Assembly: GCA_050949565.1 (NCBI GenBank)
Contig: JBMNFY010000017.1
Span: forward strand, 384,001-448,000
DNA length: 64,000 nucleotides
Direction of reading: 5' to 3'
From: Kiritimatiellia bacterium
Lineage (GTDB): Bacteria; Verrucomicrobiota; Kiritimatiellia; RFP12; UBA1067
A model generated the notes under the pieces. That model made no database searches. It worked only from the letters and a program-made list of their open reading frames with translations, and was not told the DNA's origin. Positions 59,780-64,000 of this stretch are shown here, piece after piece. The position numbers and the translations under genes are program-made. Each line of letters starts with the position of its first letter. Within the stretch, counting starts at the first letter, position 1.

Positions 59780-59976
59780 TTTACCATGAAACATGAAACT
59801 TCATGAAAATTAGAGACTCCCCTTGGCGTTCTTGGCGCCTTGGCGGTTCAAAAAAGCCGAGCCATGCCATCCCAAAATAGTCTGTGTCCATCCGTGGATA
59901 AAAAAACCGCGCAATGCCCTCAAAAAAGCTCTGTGCCCTTTGTGTTCTCTGTGATCCAAAAAACCCGAGCAGTGCT
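59780..59976. repeat. Linker-plus-3x9-mer array, copy 2
   Basis: Linker core at 59858, 59908, 59966; module CTTGGCGTTCTTGGCGCCTTGGCGGTT identical to the one at ~24469. Confidence 0.8.
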
Positions 59977-59977
59977 T

Positions 59978-61715
59978 TTACCTCAGCATGAAAACCATGC
60001 CGTCAGAGAAATAGAGCCAGACCGTGCCGTTTCCCGCCCTCTGCAGATGCCAGCGCTCGTCCGGCAAGTTGGACCTGCTGAACATGCCCGTCGTCTGCGC
60101 GGAGAGCTGAGCGACCGCGTAGCGTTTTCTCCGGCTGAGTTGCGTCACATCCACCACATGCAACGCCACACTGGAGATATCGACATCCCCGTTCAGGGTG
60201 AGCGTGTCACTGGCGCCCTCTGCCGTCACGTCCAGCAGGTACACACCCTCCAAGAGGGCACCCTGACCGATTGTGATTAACTGGGTGCCGATGGACGGCG
60301 TGCCGCCCGGCGAGAACTCCGTGTGGAGCGTCCCGTTCACCACAGGCCCACTGCCACTGACCGTATTGGTCACCGTGAACGCACCGAGATCAAGCGTCCC
60401 CGCCTCCTCCACGGCAATGGCGCTGCCGGGCAACAGGGCGTCGACGCACCCGAACTTCAGCGTGCCACCGCTGACCGTCGTGCCTCCCGTGAAGGTGCCC
60501 GCGCCGCCCAGTGTCAATGTGCCGTTACCGAGCTTGACCAACCCTCCGCTGATGTTCTCGGCCAGCGTGACCTGCCCCACGACCGCAGGCGTGAGGCACC
60601 CCCCGCCACGCAATGTCACATTCAACTGATCCCCGGCACCGTAACCGCTGCCGGCGGAGGTCACGAGAATGTTCGTCACCTGACCGCAGAGGGGACTCTC
60701 CGGCTCCAGGTCAACCAGCGCGATGGCCGTCGCGCCGATACCCGCCCCGCCGCTGACCAGTACAGCCGGCGCGCCGATGTAGCCCGTGCCCCGGATACGA
60801 GAGCAATGGCGCTCACGCCGTAACCCTCGGGTGCGACCAACGGCTGATTGAGCGTGACAGTGTACCCGCCCGTGTCGATCCGTGCGCCGCCCGCACGCAC
60901 ATAGGCGGCCGTCAACCCCTCTATCTGCATGGTGTTTGCTGCGGCCTTGAGCAGCCCACCGTTGAAGTTGAAGTGACTAGGCGTTGTGGTGTTCGGCGTG
61001 TTGTTGCCGAACAATGCATCCGCCCTATGAAGCGTCAATTCGCCGGCATTCAGGTTCACCGCGCCGAGGATATTGGTTCCACCGCGTGCAAGGTTGATCC
61101 TCTTCTGGATCACTGAACCGCCGCGGTCAAACATCTTAGCGCCGGATCCCAGAAGATTGACTTGGGCGGTGATCCTGTGGCCGTTGGCGTATCCGAGCAG
61201 CACTTCGCCACCTCTGGTGTCGCCGCCGCCGTACGAGCCGCCGAAAATATTCAGCACGCCCACCTCCCTGCTCCACGCGACCAGCAGGCACCAACCGTCC
61301 ACCGTGACCTTGCCCCCAAACAGGTCTATCACACCGACACTGCCGTCACCGAGCGCGCCGGGACCGCCGACCGCGATCTCACCGCTGCACAACTCACCGC
61401 CGGTAATGCGGTGATAACCGTAACCGCCGAGATTACCCACCACATGGAAGGCATCGGCCGACACACCCGTGCTGACATTGAGCACACCCGAATGCTGAAT
61501 GATCGCGCCGGAAGCACCGAGCCCGTTGCCGACATGCAACTTTCTGTTCGCCTCTCCAGGCAACGCCTGAACGTTCAACCCGCCATCCAACACCATCACG
61601 CAACGGTCGCCGGCATTCGTGCCCACCCGGATGTTGCCGACGCCGGTCAACTGCGACGCACCGTTGACCCTGACTGTGACCGGCGAGCCGCCGCCCAAAA
61701 TGCCGACCCTGATTC
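59978..61715 (-). pseudogene. 5'-truncated, frameshifted autotransporter-associated beta-strand repeat protein
   Basis: GGLVKLGNGTLTL.G..TFTGGTTV..GTL repeat; missing G at 60789-60792; no start or signal peptide, sequence turns into an opposite-strand AraC fragment near 61710. Confidence 0.7.
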
Positions 61716-62113
61716 CGCCGCGCGGCATTGAACTGCGGGCCAGCACCGACAGCCTGACCCACTCCGACCCGCTGATCCGAACCATGCTGCAGTTCTTCCG
61801 CGACAACCTTCACCGTAGCATCGGGGTCGATGACATCGCCGCCGCGCTCGGTCAGACGCGCCACAAGTTGGAGGCGCACGTAAGCAATGTGCTGGGGCAG
61901 ACCATCTACGCCACGCTCATGCGCCTGCGCCTGTATGAAGTCAAGCGACGTCTGTCTCTGACCGACCAACCGGTCAAGGAGATTGCCGAAACAACCGGCT
62001 TCTGCCATGCCCAGCACTTGAACAACGCTTTCCGCCGGTTCGAACACTGCACGCCCACCGCCTTCCGCAAGCGCGAACGGCGGCAGCGTGCAGCGCAGAC
62101 ATTGACCACCTAG
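61700..62113 (+). pseudogene. C-terminal fragment of a XylR-type (LacI-sensor plus AraC HTH) regulator
   Basis: IPPRGIELRASTD is the end of the XylR sensor domain, followed by AraC HTH (LSLTDQPVKEIAETTGF....LNNAFRR....TPTAFR); the N-terminal sensor is missing. Confidence 0.75.
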
Positions 62114-63441
62114 ACGCGCATCTCCCAGCCTTTTTCGTACTCGCGCGCCCAAAGCTCGGCACCGGGACTGCCAGCCGCCAGACGACCGGTCTCCGGATTG
62201 ACCTTGACCGTCTCGCCGGTGCGGTGCGCGATGTTGGCGAGGTGTGTCAGCAGAGTGCTCGTATGCGCGATCCCTGCCGGCGCGGCCGTCGCCGGGTTCT
62301 TCTCGCGGATGCAGTTCACGAAGTTCGAGAGATGCGTCGCGTCGAGCCCCTGGGTCGGGTCAGTCCGGTTGGTGGCGTCGCCCACGACATCTTTGGCGGT
62401 CCACTTTTTAAGCTCTTTGCCGCTTGGGTCAAACAGCGTGCAGACGTTGTTCGGCGTGAAGAGCACCGCGCCCTTCAGCCCGTAAATCATGCACCCCGTG
62501 CTGAAACCCTCGTAGGGCCGTGCCCTGACCGAAGTAAGCCCCTCCCACGTCATAAAACGGTTGCCGGGGAACTCAAAGGTCGCGGCTTGCGTGTCAAACC
62601 ACTCCCAGTCGTCGCCCTCATGGAAGAGACGCCCACCCCCGCAAGTAACCCGCGTGGGGAAAGTGGCATTCAGCGCCCAGCGCGCGATGTCCACGTAGTG
62701 CGTGGCGTTGTTGCCGCACTCGCCGGTACCCCAGTGGTGGAACCAGTGCCAAGTGTAATGCACCACATTGTCCTGATACGCGCGGCGCGGCGCCGGGCCC
62801 TGCCACAGATCCCAATCCAGCCACTCCGGCACCGCGACTTTGTTGCCCTTGCCGATCGGCGCGCGTTGCGTCGCATACCAGCAGCGCGCAAAACGCGGCG
62901 CGCCAATCAGACCGCCGTGAACCTCCTTGATCACCTGCTGATACACTGTAGATGAGCGACGCTGGCTGCCCATCTGGAAGACCGCGCGGTATTTGTCAGC
63001 CGCCTCGACCAGCATCTCGCCCTCGCGGGGATTGTACGACACAGGTTTCTCCACATAGATCGCCTTGCCCGCCTGCATGGTCATCAATGCGGCCGGGGCG
63101 TGCCAGTGATCCGGCGCGGCGCACACCACCGCATCCACCTCCTTGTCCTCCAGCACCCGCCGCAAATCCTTCTCTTTCTTGGGCGTCTTTTGCGTCCGCT
63201 TGAGCACCTCGGCCGCCGCATCATCGAGTGCGCGGGCGTCCACGTCGCACACGGTTGCAATCTCCACGCCCGGCAGTCCCGCCAGCGTCTTCATCAGGCT
63301 GAACCCGCGCCCTTTGGCATGGCAACCCATGACCGCCACGCGCACCCTGTTGGACGGCGCGTCCTGACCGAGCGTTCCCGACGCGACGCTCGCTACCGCC
63401 GCAGTTCCCAGTGCCGTCTTCATGAAATCCCGTCGCTTCAT
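62110..63441 (-). CDS. Gfo/Idh/MocA oxidoreductase with Tat signal
   Basis: KRRDFMK, VRVAVMG, VCDVD, APDHWH, YVEKP, QMGSQRRS, LDWDLWQGPAP. Confidence 0.92.
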   Translation of the reverse strand: MKRRDFMKTALGTAAVASVASGTLGQDAPSNRVRVAVMGCHAKGRGFSLMKTLAGLPGVEIATVCDVDARALDDAAAEVLKRTQKTPKKEKDLRRVLEDKEVDAVVCAAPDHWHAPAALMTMQAGKAIYVEKPVSYNPREGEMLVEAADKYRAVFQMGSQRRSSTVYQQVIKEVHGGLIGAPRFARCWYATQRAPIGKGNKVAVPEWLDWDLWQGPAPRRAYQDNVVHYTWHWFHHWGTGECGNNATHYVDIARWALNATFPTRVTCGGGRLFHEGDDWEWFDTQAATFEFPGNRFMTWEGLTSVRARPYEGFSTGCMIYGLKGAVLFTPNNVCTLFDPSGKELKKWTAKDVVGDATNRTDPTQGLDATHLSNFVNCIREKNPATAAPAGIAHTSTLLTHLANIAHRTGETVKVNPETGRLAAGSPGAELWAREYEKGWEMRV

Positions 63442-63569
63442 TGTCATCCTCCAGTTTGCGTTCTTATCCGCGCGTTATGGTAACGATTTCCGTGCAATTC
63501 AGCAATTGCACACTCGAAAAAAAACATGCAAATTATTCAGGGACCAGCGAGACGCAAGACACCGGCGCA

Positions 63570-64000
63570 TCACGGTTGCGGTTGAGCACCGCGACCGCGC
63601 CCGATACGCTCAAGCGGGATACGCTTGAACCAAGGCGCCAGTTTCCGGAACACCTCGCTCTCCTGTACCTTGAATCCGGTCTGATCAGGTTCGTTACTAT
63701 CCGGCAAGGTCTCCGTCATGAATGCAACACGCTGCCGCCCTTCCTCGCTCTGAGGGAAGGTCTCGGCGTCCTTCGCATGAACCGCCCCGAACACGAGGTT
63801 GTCGCGGAACGTCAAGCGCGGCACCGCCGTCTCCTTGACCGTTCCGTGCATTTGCAAGAAGCGCGGACAGTTGATCGCCACATTCTTTTCAAACACGTTG
63901 TGCAACGGCAACTTCGGTTCATCCTCCATGATGTTCACCAGATGCGGATAACGATCCTTCCACGGCGACTCCTGCCAGTTGACCGCCTCCAGTTTGGCCG
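63570..64000 (-). CDS. C-terminus of a probable right-handed beta-helix protein (partial)
   Basis: LEAVNWQESPWKDRYPHL..I....P..P..NVF..NV and FKRIPLERIG ending typical of parallel beta-helix carbohydrate-active proteins. Confidence 0.55.
   Translation of the reverse strand, partial: AKLEAVNWQESPWKDRYPHLVNIMEDEPKLPLHNVFEKNVAINCPRFLQMHGTVKETAVPRLTFRDNLVFGAVHAKDAETFPQSEEGRQRVAFMTETLPDSNEPDQTGFKVQESEVFRKLAPWFKRIPLERIGRGRGAQPQP

Overview
GC-rich bacterial chromosome segment. Gene content and protein style suggest a PVC-superphylum anaerobe, possibly Kiritimatiellia-like (inference). Housekeeping genes: citrate synthase, aldo-keto reductase, MscS, tyrA, nudC, folD, queH, an RdgC-like gene and ribF-truB-rbfA-infB-nusA with a rimP-type leader but no rimP. 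A ~17 kb minus-strand operon joins a GldA/F/G-type ABC system and DUF4340 to a MoxR-DUF58-Bat cluster. Two type II toxin-antitoxin pairs and four large surface or secreted proteins are also present, several broken by 1-bp indels or a TAG, probably consensus errors. The most unusual signal is non-coding. (1) Two four-helix-bundle (TIGR02436/Avd-like) genes each sit between a stop and a start codon, enclosed by inverted tandem-heptamer arms specific to each paralog, with an empty cassette of the same heptamer one gene away. (2) Two CRISPR-like arrays have a constant linker alternating with different 3x9-nt modules. (3) Modular REP-like mosaics keep reading frames open into signal peptides and enclose the TA modules. 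No transposase, reverse transcriptase, integrase, cas gene, rRNA or tRNA was recognised.
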